Source: an uncultured Marinoscillum sp. (GTDB lineage: Bacteria; Bacteroidota; Bacteroidia; Cytophagales; MED-G16). Taken from it: a stretch of DNA of 64,000 bases. Below the pieces are notes generated by a model. The model searched no databases and was not told the DNA's origin. It was given only the letters and a program-made list of their open reading frames with translations. Both the position numbers and the translations under genes were made by a program. The DNA lies in the NCBI GenBank assembly GCA_964467915.1, contig CAYXSW010000002.1, positions 50,403 through 114,402 of the forward strand, read 5' to 3'. Positions within the stretch are counted from its first letter, which is position 1, and every line of letters starts with the position of its first letter. This document shows, one piece after another, positions 21,802-31,267 of the stretch.

Positions 21802-22677
21802 ATGAGAGGAAGGTTATTTAAAGACCTTGTTAATAATGATAAAGAGCCATTATCTATTTTCGGTACAGTAAATGCATATTCATCAATTCTTGCTAAAAAA
21901 AATGGTGTTAAATCAATCTATCTTTCTGGGAGTGGTGTAGCAGCATCATCTTTTGGATTACCTGATCTTGGATTTACTAAACTTGAAGATGTTGTTGAAG
22001 ACGCAAGAAGAATTACTTCTATATGTGATTTGCCACTTCTAGTTGATATTGATACAGGATTTGGTTCAACAAAATCTATTCAAAATACTATTCAGTCTTT
22101 AGAAAAAGAAGATGTAGCAGCTGTTCATATTGAAGATCAGGTAGATTTAAAAAGGTGTGGTCACAGACCAAATAAAAAATTAGTTTCAATCGGTGAGATG
22201 CAAGATAGAATTAAGGCTGCTGTAGATTCCAGAAAAGATGAATCTTTTGTGATTATGGCAAGATCTGATGCGTTAGCTGTAGAAAGTGAGGAGATGCTTC
22301 TAGAAAGAATTTATTCATACATCGAAGTTGGAGCAGATATGATTTTTCCTGAGGCCTTAGCATCACTAGAGGGGTATAAAAAAATTACAGATGTGTCATC
22401 AGTTCCAATACTAGCAAATATCACAGAATTTGGAAAAACCCCTTTATTTACAAAAAAAGATCTACACGATGTGGGAGTATCAATGATTCTGTATCCTCTA
22501 ACAGCTTTTAGGGCGATGAGTAAAGCTGCAGAAAAGATTTATAAAGAATTATCAAATGCTGAGTCTCAAGAACATGTTTTAGAAGATATGCAATCAAGAG
22601 ATGAGTTATATGAATACCTTTCCTACCATAAACATGAGAAGGAAATGGATGATATTTTAAATAAAAAAGATGAGTAA
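21802..22677 (+). CDS. prpB: 2-methylisocitrate lyase
   Basis: YLSGSGVAA..GLPDLG, VDIDTGFG, HIEDQ...KRCGH, MIFPEAL, PILANITEFGKTP. Confidence 0.95.
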   Translation: MRGRLFKDLVNNDKEPLSIFGTVNAYSSILAKKNGVKSIYLSGSGVAASSFGLPDLGFTKLEDVVEDARRITSICDLPLLVDIDTGFGSTKSIQNTIQSLEKEDVAAVHIEDQVDLKRCGHRPNKKLVSIGEMQDRIKAAVDSRKDESFVIMARSDALAVESEEMLLERIYSYIEVGADMIFPEALASLEGYKKITDVSSVPILANITEFGKTPLFTKKDLHDVGVSMILYPLTAFRAMSKAAEKIYKELSNAESQEHVLEDMQSRDELYEYLSYHKHEKEMDDILNKKDE

Positions 22678-23779
22678 AGGATTAAGAGGTATTGAGGCAG
22701 GAACAACTTCAATATGTACTGTTGGAGAGACTGGGGATGATCTACACTACAGGGGTTATGACGTTGTTGATTTAAGTGAGCACTGCATTTTTGAAGAAGT
22801 TTGTTATCTATTGCTCCACGGAAAACTTCCTAATAATGATGAGCTTAAAAGTTTTACAGATGATATTATTTCTAAGAGATCTCTTCCAAATTATTTAAAA
22901 TCAGTTCTGGAGAAAATTCCTAAAGACACGAATCCTATGGATGTGCTAAGGACATCGTGTTCTTTCCTTGGAAATATCGAACCTGAGAAGTCATTTGATA
23001 ATCAGATGCACTGCTCAGAGAGATTACTTGGAATATTTCCTTCAGCATTAAATTACTGGTATCATTATTCTCATTCTGGAAAAAAGATTTCAGAGGAAAA
23101 TGACTCTGAAACTATTGCAGGTCATTTTCTGCATACTTTACACGGAAGAATGCCAACTGAGACAGAGGAGAAGGTTATGAATATATCTCTTATCCTCTAC
23201 GCAGAACACGAATTTAACGCGTCGACTTTTGCTGCAAGAGTATGTGCTGCTACACTATCTGATTTTTATTCTTGTGTAACAGGAGCAATTGGTACATTAA
23301 GAGGTCCTTTACATGGGGGAGCAAATGAGAAGGCGATGGAACTCATTTCAAGATTTGAAGATGAGGAATCAGCTGCAAAATCTATCTACTCTATGCTTGA
23401 AAATAAAGAGCTAATTATGGGTTTTGGTCATGCTGTGTACAAAAAACAGGACCCAAGAAATGATATAATCAAGAAGTGGTCAAAGAAACTATCAGTGGGG
23501 AGACCTAATGAAAGACTTTATGATATATCATCTAGAATTGAGAACATTATGAAAGAAGAGAAAGGTCTTTTTGCCAATGCCGACTTTTTTCATGCATCGG
23601 CATATAATTTTATGGATATACCTACTAAGCTTTTCACTCCTATTTTTGTATGTTCTAGAGTATCGGGTTGGGCAGCACATATTATTGAGCAGAGATCAGA
23701 TAATAAACTAATAAGGCCAGGAGCAAAATATGTTGGTAGTGAACCACTTGATTTTGTTCCAATAAACGAAAGAGATTAA
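22670..23779 (+). CDS. prpC: 2-methylcitrate synthase
   Basis: CTVG...DLHYRGYD, LYAEHEFNASTF, LRGPLHGGANE, IMGFGH, KLIRPGAKY; between prpB and prpD. Confidence 0.94.
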   Translation: MSKGLRGIEAGTTSICTVGETGDDLHYRGYDVVDLSEHCIFEEVCYLLLHGKLPNNDELKSFTDDIISKRSLPNYLKSVLEKIPKDTNPMDVLRTSCSFLGNIEPEKSFDNQMHCSERLLGIFPSALNYWYHYSHSGKKISEENDSETIAGHFLHTLHGRMPTETEEKVMNISLILYAEHEFNASTFAARVCAATLSDFYSCVTGAIGTLRGPLHGGANEKAMELISRFEDEESAAKSIYSMLENKELIMGFGHAVYKKQDPRNDIIKKWSKKLSVGRPNERLYDISSRIENIMKEEKGLFANADFFHASAYNFMDIPTKLFTPIFVCSRVSGWAAHIIEQRSDNKLIRPGAKYVGSEPLDFVPINERD

Positions 23780-23780
23780 T

Positions 23781-25229
23781 ATGAAAAATGAGGTTTCAGA
23801 AAATTTTATTTCTGATTATGACAAAGAGATAAAAGAGATTGCAGACTATACAGTAAACTTCTCAAATTTTTCAGACCTTTCAAGGCAAACAGCATACCAT
23901 GTATTTTTAGATAGTATAGCCTGTGGGATACTAGCCCTAAAAAATGAATCATGTAAAAACTTATTAGGCCCAGTCTTTGGTGGATCTAATATAGCTGACG
24001 GGGCAAGAGTTTTTGGAACAAATTATACGCTGGATCCGATAAGAGCTGCTTGGAATACAGGCTGTATAATTAGATGGCTAGATTTTAATGACACGTGGTT
24101 AGCCGAGGAGTGGGGTCATCCCTCGGATAACTTGGGTGCAATACTTCCTCTTGCTGATTTTATAAGCTTGAAAAGAATAAAGGAAGGAAAAGATCCAATT
24201 AAAATATCTGAACTATTAGAATATATTATAAAGGCTCATGAGATACAAGGCGTATTGGCGATTGACAATAGTTTTAATAAAGTAGGTCTAGATCATGTTC
24301 TTTTAGTTAGGGTAGCATCAAGCGCTCTCTCCTCATACCTACTTGGTGGTGATTTTGAAGATGTATGTAATACCGTATCTCACGCGTGGGTTGATGGAAG
24401 TAGTCTAAGAACTTATAGACATGCGCCAAATACTGGAAGCAGAAAGTCATGGGCAGCAGGCGATGCAACATCGAGAGCAGTTCATTTGGCATGGCTTACA
24501 ACAAAGGGTGAGGGTGGATACAGAGGTGCTCTTTCAGCTAAGACATGGGGATTTAGTGATGTTAGTTTTAAAAGTAAACCAATTAAAAGAAGTAAAGAGT
24601 ACCGTTCTTATGTAATGGAAAACATTTTATTTAAAATTTCATTTCCTGCAGAGTTTCATGCACAGACTGCTGTTGAGGCTGGAATATCTTTACATGAAAA
24701 GTATGGAGATAAGCTTGATAAAATTTTAAAGATTGAGGTGGAGACTCAAGAGCCTGCAGTTAGAATTATATCTAAGACTGGACCACTACATAATTATGCT
24801 GACAGAGACCACTGCCTACAGTATATGATTGCTATAGCATTGATATATGGTAAGGTTGAAGCTAAACATTACCAAGACGAAATTGCAAGTAACCCTATGA
24901 TTGATTCGTTGAGAGAAAAGATGATAATAAGTGAAAACCCAAAATTTTCTAGTGACTACCTGGACCCAAGTAAAAGATCAATTGCCAACAGCATCACTCT
25001 AGTTTTTGATGATGGGTCTAAGTCAGAGAAAATAACTGTTGAGTATCCCGTTGGCCACAGGAATAGGAGAGAAGAGGGGATTCCTCTTCTCATTGACAAA
25101 TTTGAGGATGCAATAAAAAGTTATTACCCTAGTAATCAATCAGATGATATATTGAATTCCTTTTTAGATATGGAAAGTTTATCAAGTATGTCAGTAAATG
25201 AGATGATGGATAAATTAATTATAAAATGA
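23781..25229 (+). CDS. prpD: 2-methylcitrate dehydratase
   Basis: IRWLDFNDTWLAEEWGHPSDNLG, RTYRHAPNTGSRKSWAAGDA, FKISFPAEFHAQTA, DRDHCLQY, YPVGHRNRR. Confidence 0.96.
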   Translation: MKNEVSENFISDYDKEIKEIADYTVNFSNFSDLSRQTAYHVFLDSIACGILALKNESCKNLLGPVFGGSNIADGARVFGTNYTLDPIRAAWNTGCIIRWLDFNDTWLAEEWGHPSDNLGAILPLADFISLKRIKEGKDPIKISELLEYIIKAHEIQGVLAIDNSFNKVGLDHVLLVRVASSALSSYLLGGDFEDVCNTVSHAWVDGSSLRTYRHAPNTGSRKSWAAGDATSRAVHLAWLTTKGEGGYRGALSAKTWGFSDVSFKSKPIKRSKEYRSYVMENILFKISFPAEFHAQTAVEAGISLHEKYGDKLDKILKIEVETQEPAVRIISKTGPLHNYADRDHCLQYMIAIALIYGKVEAKHYQDEIASNPMIDSLREKMIISENPKFSSDYLDPSKRSIANSITLVFDDGSKSEKITVEYPVGHRNRREEGIPLLIDKFEDAIKSYYPSNQSDDILNSFLDMESLSSMSVNEMMDKLIIK

Positions 25230-25678
25230 GGGTAGTAGTTCAGAGGGTAAGTCAGTCTAATGTCAAGGTCTCAGGAGAGGTAATTGGTGAAATTAAGGAG
25301 GGTCTCATGGTTCTTGTAAGCTTTGTTGATGAGGATAATGACATTGATCTTGAGTGGATGACAAAAAAAATTGTCAATCTCAGAATTTTTAATGATGATG
25401 AGGGAAAGATGAATAGAAGTGTCCAGGACGTAGGTGGAGATATTCTTCTTATAAGTCAGTTCACTCTCCACGGGTCAACTAAGAAAGGGAATCGTCCTTC
25501 TTTCATTAAGGCAGCGAAGCCAGATTTTGCAAACGTCATGTACATGAAGTTTATTAAAATATTAGAGCAGTCTCTGGGTAAGGGAATTCAGACAGGAGAG
25601 TTTGGGGGCGACATGAAAGTTAGTTTAATCAATGATGGGCCTACAACAATTATTATAGATTCTAAGAGTAAGGAGTGA
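25226..25678 (+). CDS. dtd: D-aminoacyl-tRNA deacylase
   Basis: MRVVVQRV, LRIFND, SQFTL, GNRPSF, NDGP; ATGA overlap with the prpD stop. Confidence 0.97.
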   Translation: MRVVVQRVSQSNVKVSGEVIGEIKEGLMVLVSFVDEDNDIDLEWMTKKIVNLRIFNDDEGKMNRSVQDVGGDILLISQFTLHGSTKKGNRPSFIKAAKPDFANVMYMKFIKILEQSLGKGIQTGEFGGDMKVSLINDGPTTIIIDSKSKE

Positions 25679-25679
25679 G

Positions 25680-27104
25680 CTATTTTATTAAATATAACTT
25701 TATTTTCTTTGCCACATCCTTCTCATAATAACTAAATTCAAAGTTAATACCATTTTTCATAGGTGGTCCAATTCCTTCAACAAAAACTCCTCCATTATAA
25801 CTTTCTACGTGACCATCACAATAACAATCCGCTTCCTGGTTTTCATCATCATTCCAACAAATATCTATTGATTGCCCATTAAATTTTTCAATTTCCGATT
25901 TATTACTACCTACTCCTAGACCATCTTTTGTCCGGAATTTTTTATTATATGAATAAATTTCCCACCATCCATCATACCAAGACCAATCATCAATATAAAA
26001 TTCTATATTTTCTGTTTCTATATAATACGATCTATAGCGGTCTCCATCACATGATTGAGCATCGGAAACTTTTACATTATCTTTACCAAATATTGAAAAT
26101 AAATCATCAATAGTTGTCTTGGAGTTGATTTCCCCAAAATTATTATTAGTAACTAAATACTTATTTTCTATCTCCTCAAACTCATATCGATAAAAATTAA
26201 CACTATTTATACCTCTCGAAGTAAACACGAGCTCAAAAGCATTATTATCCATAAGGGTAATTTTATAAGTCCCTCCTTCGTATTCCGTACCCTCACTGTA
26301 ACAGGTACTCTTAAGGCTTAAATGTCTTCCATTAGTAGATTTTTTCCCATAAAGTTTGCAGTATACTCCGTCAGTTAATGAACTAGAATATGAAAATTCA
26401 CCTGTGACATCATCTCCATCTATGGTAAAATTTACTTTTTCTCCTATCTCTTTCATCCAATCTTCAACAACTATAGATGCAGAATATTTTCCGTCTTTGA
26501 AACTATTATTTTGGAACCTGTGAACTAATGTGTGATAAATCCAATGTTCTCTATCATTGTTTTCTCGAATAGGGTAACCCTTCTCATCTAAGTTGAAAAG
26601 ACTATCTCTAACCATATCCCAGTCACCCCATTTACTTAAATCAGAAATCTCTTCTTTTGTCAATTCTGCTCCTTTGATTTTATACCATTTATTTCCATCT
26701 GCAATGGCAGAGTCAGTTATATCTACAGGTGTAGCAGGGTTACTTAACCAATCTGTTTGAAGATAATCTGATTCACTTCCAAAGTTTAAAGCGTCTTTAT
26801 ACCATACCACCTTATTTAATTGGAATAATACCTTGCTCTCACTTACATTTGGTTTGTTTCTTATGTTAACATTTGTTGCGATTATATATGCTATATTTTT
26901 TGAACTATTACAATACTGATTGAGAGCTTCTATTGCCGGGGTGACATCATCTTCTACGTCATATCCGTAGTATTCATAGAGATCTTCATTATTAAACGTG
27001 TTACAGTCATATCCATACTCGTTAAAAAAATTTTCTATAGATTGATTTTGAGAGAATATATTTATACTAAAGAATAGAAAAAATATTGATAAAAAATATT
27101 TCAC
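25680..27104 (-). CDS. Secreted hypothetical protein with SH3b-like region
   Basis: 474 aa; signal peptide ending FS|Q; NVNIRNKPNVSESKVLFQL...KWYKIK...WIY pattern; no family recognised for the rest. Confidence 0.75.
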   Translation of the reverse strand: MKYFLSIFFLFFSINIFSQNQSIENFFNEYGYDCNTFNNEDLYEYYGYDVEDDVTPAIEALNQYCNSSKNIAYIIATNVNIRNKPNVSESKVLFQLNKVVWYKDALNFGSESDYLQTDWLSNPATPVDITDSAIADGNKWYKIKGAELTKEEISDLSKWGDWDMVRDSLFNLDEKGYPIRENNDREHWIYHTLVHRFQNNSFKDGKYSASIVVEDWMKEIGEKVNFTIDGDDVTGEFSYSSSLTDGVYCKLYGKKSTNGRHLSLKSTCYSEGTEYEGGTYKITLMDNNAFELVFTSRGINSVNFYRYEFEEIENKYLVTNNNFGEINSKTTIDDLFSIFGKDNVKVSDAQSCDGDRYRSYYIETENIEFYIDDWSWYDGWWEIYSYNKKFRTKDGLGVGSNKSEIEKFNGQSIDICWNDDENQEADCYCDGHVESYNGGVFVEGIGPPMKNGINFEFSYYEKDVAKKIKLYLIK

Positions 27105-27105
27105 A

Positions 27106-28422
27106 CTAATTGCTTTTTATAATTCTCTGCATTGTTAATCCTTGAACAAGGATAGTAAATAATACAACAGCGTAGGTAAGTATTAAAATTAAGGACTTTG
27201 CGTCACCCATAGTCTCTGGTAAGTTAAGAGCTAGTGCAATACTGAGTCCTCCCCTTAGTCCTCCCCATGTTATAATTTTGGCGGTATTTTTTTCAAATTT
27301 TTGGAATTTTGATAGAATCACCACTGGTATTGAGACACCAATATATCTTGCCCCAACTACCATAGCTATTGTTATTATGGAAAGCAATAAATAAATTAAA
27401 TTAAAGCTCTCGTAAAGTAAGATGATTTCAAGGCCAATGAGGATAAATAATATAGCATTTAGTGTTTCATCAAGTAGATGCCAGAATTTATAAACATAAT
27501 CACCCATAGCTAACTCAGACTGACCATTTCCACTATCCTCTTTGACATGTTTGTTGAGATAAAGTCCAAGAATGACAACACCTAAAGGACCGGAAAGGTG
27601 ATATTTATTAGCAATTACTGATACTAGAAGTACCATTGAGAGAGTGATTAGAACTTCTAACTCTACATGCTCATTTTCAATATCTTTAACAAGTTTTAGA
27701 CCAAGGTATCCAACAAGTGCTCCGAGAAAAATCCCTCCACCCACTTCGGTGAAAAATAAACTTCCTATAGCCTGAATAGATACTTCTGTGCCAGAAGTTT
27801 TCATACCTAAGAGGGTTAGGAAAACAACAACTCCAATCCCATCATTAAATAGTGATTCTCCAGCAATTCTAGTTTCAGTCATTGGTGAAAGATTCATTTT
27901 TTTTATTATAGATAGTACAGCAATAGGATCTGTTGGCGCAATTAATGCACCAAAAAGTAGACAGTCTATATAACTCACATTTAATGACGCAAGACCAAAA
28001 ATTGGTAAATTGATCAAATAGAAGGTTAGGGTTCCAACTACATATGTTGAAAATAATACTCCAAACGAAGCCAAAACTAGAACAGTAATTTTATCTTTTT
28101 TTAGTAGGTGTACATTAATTGACATTGCACCTGCAAAAAGTAAGAATGGTAGCATCACATTGAGAAGCACAAAATTGAAGTCAAAGCTTACTGTTATAGA
28201 GTAGGCAAGATCCATGAAAGTTGGAAAGAAAAATCCAAGAATTAGGACTACTATTGACAGGGTAATTGCCATTATCATTAGACCTATTGTCATAGGTAGT
28301 TTTAAGACTCTTAAATTTATTATAGAAAAGAAGGAAGCTAGAATTAGAAGTAAAGCACTCAATTCTAAAATATCCAATTTTTGGGTTTCTAGTAAAGAAT
28401 ATGTCTGGGTTGCTTCTTCCAC
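27106..28422 (-). CDS. CPA1 family Na+/H+ antiporter (NhaP-like)
   Basis: LLFAGA, FGALIAPTDPIAV, GESLFNDG, WGGLRGGLSIALAL; start codon uncertain. Confidence 0.93.
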   Translation of the reverse strand: MEEATQTYSLLETQKLDILELSALLLILASFFSIINLRVLKLPMTIGLMIMAITLSIVVLILGFFFPTFMDLAYSITVSFDFNFVLLNVMLPFLLFAGAMSINVHLLKKDKITVLVLASFGVLFSTYVVGTLTFYLINLPIFGLASLNVSYIDCLLFGALIAPTDPIAVLSIIKKMNLSPMTETRIAGESLFNDGIGVVVFLTLLGMKTSGTEVSIQAIGSLFFTEVGGGIFLGALVGYLGLKLVKDIENEHVELEVLITLSMVLLVSVIANKYHLSGPLGVVILGLYLNKHVKEDSGNGQSELAMGDYVYKFWHLLDETLNAILFILIGLEIILLYESFNLIYLLLSIITIAMVVGARYIGVSIPVVILSKFQKFEKNTAKIITWGGLRGGLSIALALNLPETMGDAKSLILILTYAVVLFTILVQGLTMQRIIKSN

Positions 28423-28474
28423 AAAAAAAAATTTATAAATAATAAATTAAGTGAAATTAAATATAAATTTAAAC

Positions 28475-28801
28475 ATGACTATAAAAGAAGCACAAAAACT
28501 TGTAGATATATGGATTAAAGAAAAGGGTGTAAGATATTTTAATGAGCTAACAAATACTACGATCTTGATGGAGGAAGTAGGTGAGCTGGCAAGAGTCATA
28601 TCAAGGAAATATGGAGAGCAATCAATTAAAAAAGAAGAGAAAAATCTAGATTTGGCAGATGAGCTTGCAGATGTGTTATGGGTTTTAGTATGTATAGCTA
28701 ATCAAACTGGAGTAGATCTTACTGATGCTCTTAAAAAAAATTTAGAGAAAAAAGATAGAAGAGACTCTCAAAGACATATAAATAATAAAAAACTACAATA
28801 A
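28475..28801 (+). CDS. MazG-like nucleotide pyrophosphohydrolase (YpjD-like)
   Basis: YFNELTN...LMEEVGELAR, LADELADV, KKNLEKK..RD..RH; ATG 28475 preferred over GTG 28451. Confidence 0.93.
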   Translation: MTIKEAQKLVDIWIKEKGVRYFNELTNTTILMEEVGELARVISRKYGEQSIKKEEKNLDLADELADVLWVLVCIANQTGVDLTDALKKNLEKKDRRDSQRHINNKKLQ

Positions 28802-29494
28802 CTTAATACCGTCATTATCTAAATAAGGCAATATTTCTTGTGTGTCAACTTGAGAACAAAACTCAATATCTTTTACGTTGTCATAACCTGATAATCTTTT
28901 TGCATGAGAGGATTTTTTCATGAGAGAAAGTATATCACCTTTAGATTGTTCATATAATTTTTTTGCAATTATTACAGTATCTGAATCATATTCAAAATTT
29001 TGTAATCCTGCCACTATTGCTCCAGCACACAAAGTGTCTTCTAGGTTTGTACTTCCTTTCCATCCCGAACATACTAATAGAGCATCATTATTGCTATTAT
29101 TAATGTATTCTATGATTTTTGATAGATTCAGAAATGATCCTATAAGAGTTATATGAGAGCCTTTCGTTTTGACAATAGCTTTTGTTCCATTACTTGTAGC
29201 TATTCCTACATCCTTTCCTTCAAATTCACTCTTTTCAATTTTAGTAGGAGAGTTTCCGAAGTCAAATCCTTCAACTTTCTTACCCATTCTCTCGGCCATG
29301 ATGATATATCCATGATCTCTAAGTTTCATACATTCATCTAGAGTTTCTACAGGCATTACAGATTTAGCTCCAGAAAAGAGAATAGTATTAATAGTGCTCG
29401 TTGCTCTTAATACATCAATCACCACAACATTTTTGTCTTTATGCTGATAATTCTCAAGTTGTTCGTGAGTTAAACAAATTTCTATGGAACTCAT
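28793..29494 (-). CDS. comB: 2-phosphosulfolactate phosphatase family protein
   Basis: VIDVLRATSTI, FDFGNSP, TSNGT, CSGW, EDTLCAG. Confidence 0.9.
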   Translation of the reverse strand: MSSIEICLTHEQLENYQHKDKNVVVIDVLRATSTINTILFSGAKSVMPVETLDECMKLRDHGYIIMAERMGKKVEGFDFGNSPTKIEKSEFEGKDVGIATSNGTKAIVKTKGSHITLIGSFLNLSKIIEYINNSNNDALLVCSGWKGSTNLEDTLCAGAIVAGLQNFEYDSDTVIIAKKLYEQSKGDILSLMKKSSHAKRLSGYDNVKDIEFCSQVDTQEILPYLDNDGIKLL

Positions 29495-30573
29495 ATGAAA
29501 GGTCTTTTTACAATTACTGCTTCTATTTTTTTTGATCTTACCTCTATAAAAATTTTTTCAGAAAGAGTATCTTCTTTATAACTAATATATCCCATCCCAA
29601 TAGCCTTTTTAGTATAAGGAGAAATTGATCCACTCGTAACTTCACCAACAAGTTCTTTTTCCTTATTTAAAATTTTGTATCCTTTCCTCGGTATACCTTT
29701 ATCTTTTAACTCAAATCCAACAAGAATTTTAGATGGGTTATTATTTCTATCTCTATCAACTATTTCTTTACCAATAAAATCTATTTCTTTCTTACATATC
29801 CATTCAAGCCCAGCTTCAATTGGATTTATGGAGTCATCAATATCATTTCCATGTAGGCAGAAACCCATCTCTAGTCTTAAGGTATCTCTAGCTCCTAGTC
29901 CTATAGGTTTAATTCCAAATTCTTTACCTTTTGAAATCACATTACTCCAAATAGATTCTGCAAATTCATTTTTTACATATAGTTCAAAACCTCCAGCACC
30001 TGTATATCCAGTGGCTGAAATGATTACATTTCCAAAGTCACTAGTTTCTCTTTCGATAAATGTGTAATATTTAATACCTGATAGATCTTCATTAAATATT
30101 TGATTACAAACGTTTTCTGCATTTGGTCCTTGAACTGCAAATAATGAGTAATCATCTGAATTATCTTTTATTTCTACATTAAGGTTATTATTGTCATTAA
30201 GCCAATTAAAGTCTTTTTCCATGTTTGATGCATTAACTACTAGCATGTAATTATTTTCTCCCATGTCATAGACTAAGAGGTCGTCAATAATACCTCCAGA
30301 GCGATTTAGAATGGAAGAATACTGTACCTTTCCTTTTGTTAATTTATTAATATCGTTCGTAGTAACCATCTGTAAAAAATCTTTTGCCATCTCTCCAGAA
30401 ACAAAAAATTCTCCCATGTGAGACACATCAAAAATTCCTACTTTTTCCCTTACGCAATTATGCTCATCAGCTATAGAAGAATACCACATAGGCATATTGT
30501 ATCCAGCAAATGGAACCATTTTAGCATTATTTTCAAGGTGAAATTTTTCGTTTTGTAAACTTTTGATATTCAT
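29491..30573 (-). CDS. gcvT: Glycine cleavage system aminomethyltransferase T
   Basis: MVPFAGYNMP, GIFDVSHMGE, TGYTGAGGFE, GLGARDTLRLEMG. Confidence 0.98.
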   Translation of the reverse strand: MNIKSLQNEKFHLENNAKMVPFAGYNMPMWYSSIADEHNCVREKVGIFDVSHMGEFFVSGEMAKDFLQMVTTNDINKLTKGKVQYSSILNRSGGIIDDLLVYDMGENNYMLVVNASNMEKDFNWLNDNNNLNVEIKDNSDDYSLFAVQGPNAENVCNQIFNEDLSGIKYYTFIERETSDFGNVIISATGYTGAGGFELYVKNEFAESIWSNVISKGKEFGIKPIGLGARDTLRLEMGFCLHGNDIDDSINPIEAGLEWICKKEIDFIGKEIVDRDRNNNPSKILVGFELKDKGIPRKGYKILNKEKELVGEVTSGSISPYTKKAIGMGYISYKEDTLSEKIFIEVRSKKIEAVIVKRPFI

Positions 30574-30577
30574 GGCT

Positions 30578-30585
30578 CAAAGATA
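30578..30585 (-). promoter_or_regulatory. Sigma-A -7 element (gcvT)
   Basis: Reverse complement of CAAAGATA is TATCTTTG, 4 nt before the ATG at 30573. Confidence 0.6.
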
Positions 30586-30601
30586 AGTTTTAAAGATTAA
30601 T

Positions 30602-31177
30602 TTATAGAAGTTTAAATGATTTCCTATGATACTTAGTAGTTCCATATTTTTTAATAGAATCTCTATGTTTTTTAGTGGGGTATCCAAAGTTTGATTCCCA
30701 GGAATATTTATTGTATTTAATAGATAAATTTTGCATAAGATCATCTCTGTAATTTTTAGCTAGAATTGATGCAGCAGCAATATTTTGAAATTTATTATCT
30801 CCCTTTATAATACATTCATGACTAATCTCATTATATGGTTTGAATTTATTACCGTCTACTATAATGAATTCTGGTCTAACTTTTAATTTATCAAGCGCCC
30901 TGTGCATTGCCAATATTGATGCGTTAAGAATATTTATCTCATCTATTTTATTATTACTAACCTCTGAAATATTCCAACTAATTGCGTTATCAATTATTTC
31001 TTGCCCTAACTCTTTCCTTTTTTTTTGACTTATTTTTTTGGAATCAATAATAAACTTATTCTTATAGTCTGGTGGGAGTATTACTGCAGCTGCAACAACT
31101 GGTCCAGCGATACATCCTCTTCCAACTTCATCACATCCGGCTTCTATTAATTTGAACTGATATTGTGCATTTAACAT
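30602..31177 (-). CDS. rnhB: Ribonuclease HII
   Basis: AGCDEVGRGCIAGPV, DSKK, VDGN, KGD...IAAASILAK, YHRKSF. Confidence 0.98.
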   Translation of the reverse strand: MLNAQYQFKLIEAGCDEVGRGCIAGPVVAAAVILPPDYKNKFIIDSKKISQKKRKELGQEIIDNAISWNISEVSNNKIDEINILNASILAMHRALDKLKVRPEFIIVDGNKFKPYNEISHECIIKGDNKFQNIAAASILAKNYRDDLMQNLSIKYNKYSWESNFGYPTKKHRDSIKKYGTTKYHRKSFKLL

Positions 31178-31205
31178 TTTTTAATAATTAATATTTATTC
31201 TTCAA

Positions 31206-31234
31206 GCAATATTTCAAGAACTATGTCGTCTAAT
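31206..31234 (+). promoter_or_regulatory. Possible ECF-sigma promoter for the Spy-like gene
   Basis: GCAAT (31206-31210), 16 nt spacer, CGTCTAAT (31227-31234); resembles the generic ECF AAC...CGT pattern but the -35 is imperfect. Confidence 0.3.
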
Positions 31235-31267
31235 AGATATGACAAGTAAAACATTAAATTTTTAATT

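Noticed and set aside
21744-28474. Accessory region as an IS, prophage or integrative element
   Set aside because: No transposase, integrase, terminal inverted repeats or tRNA target; only a weak 8-bp repeat, reported separately.
29675-30067. 130-aa ORF opposite gcvT
   Set aside because: Fully antisense to a conserved gene with no recognisable content.
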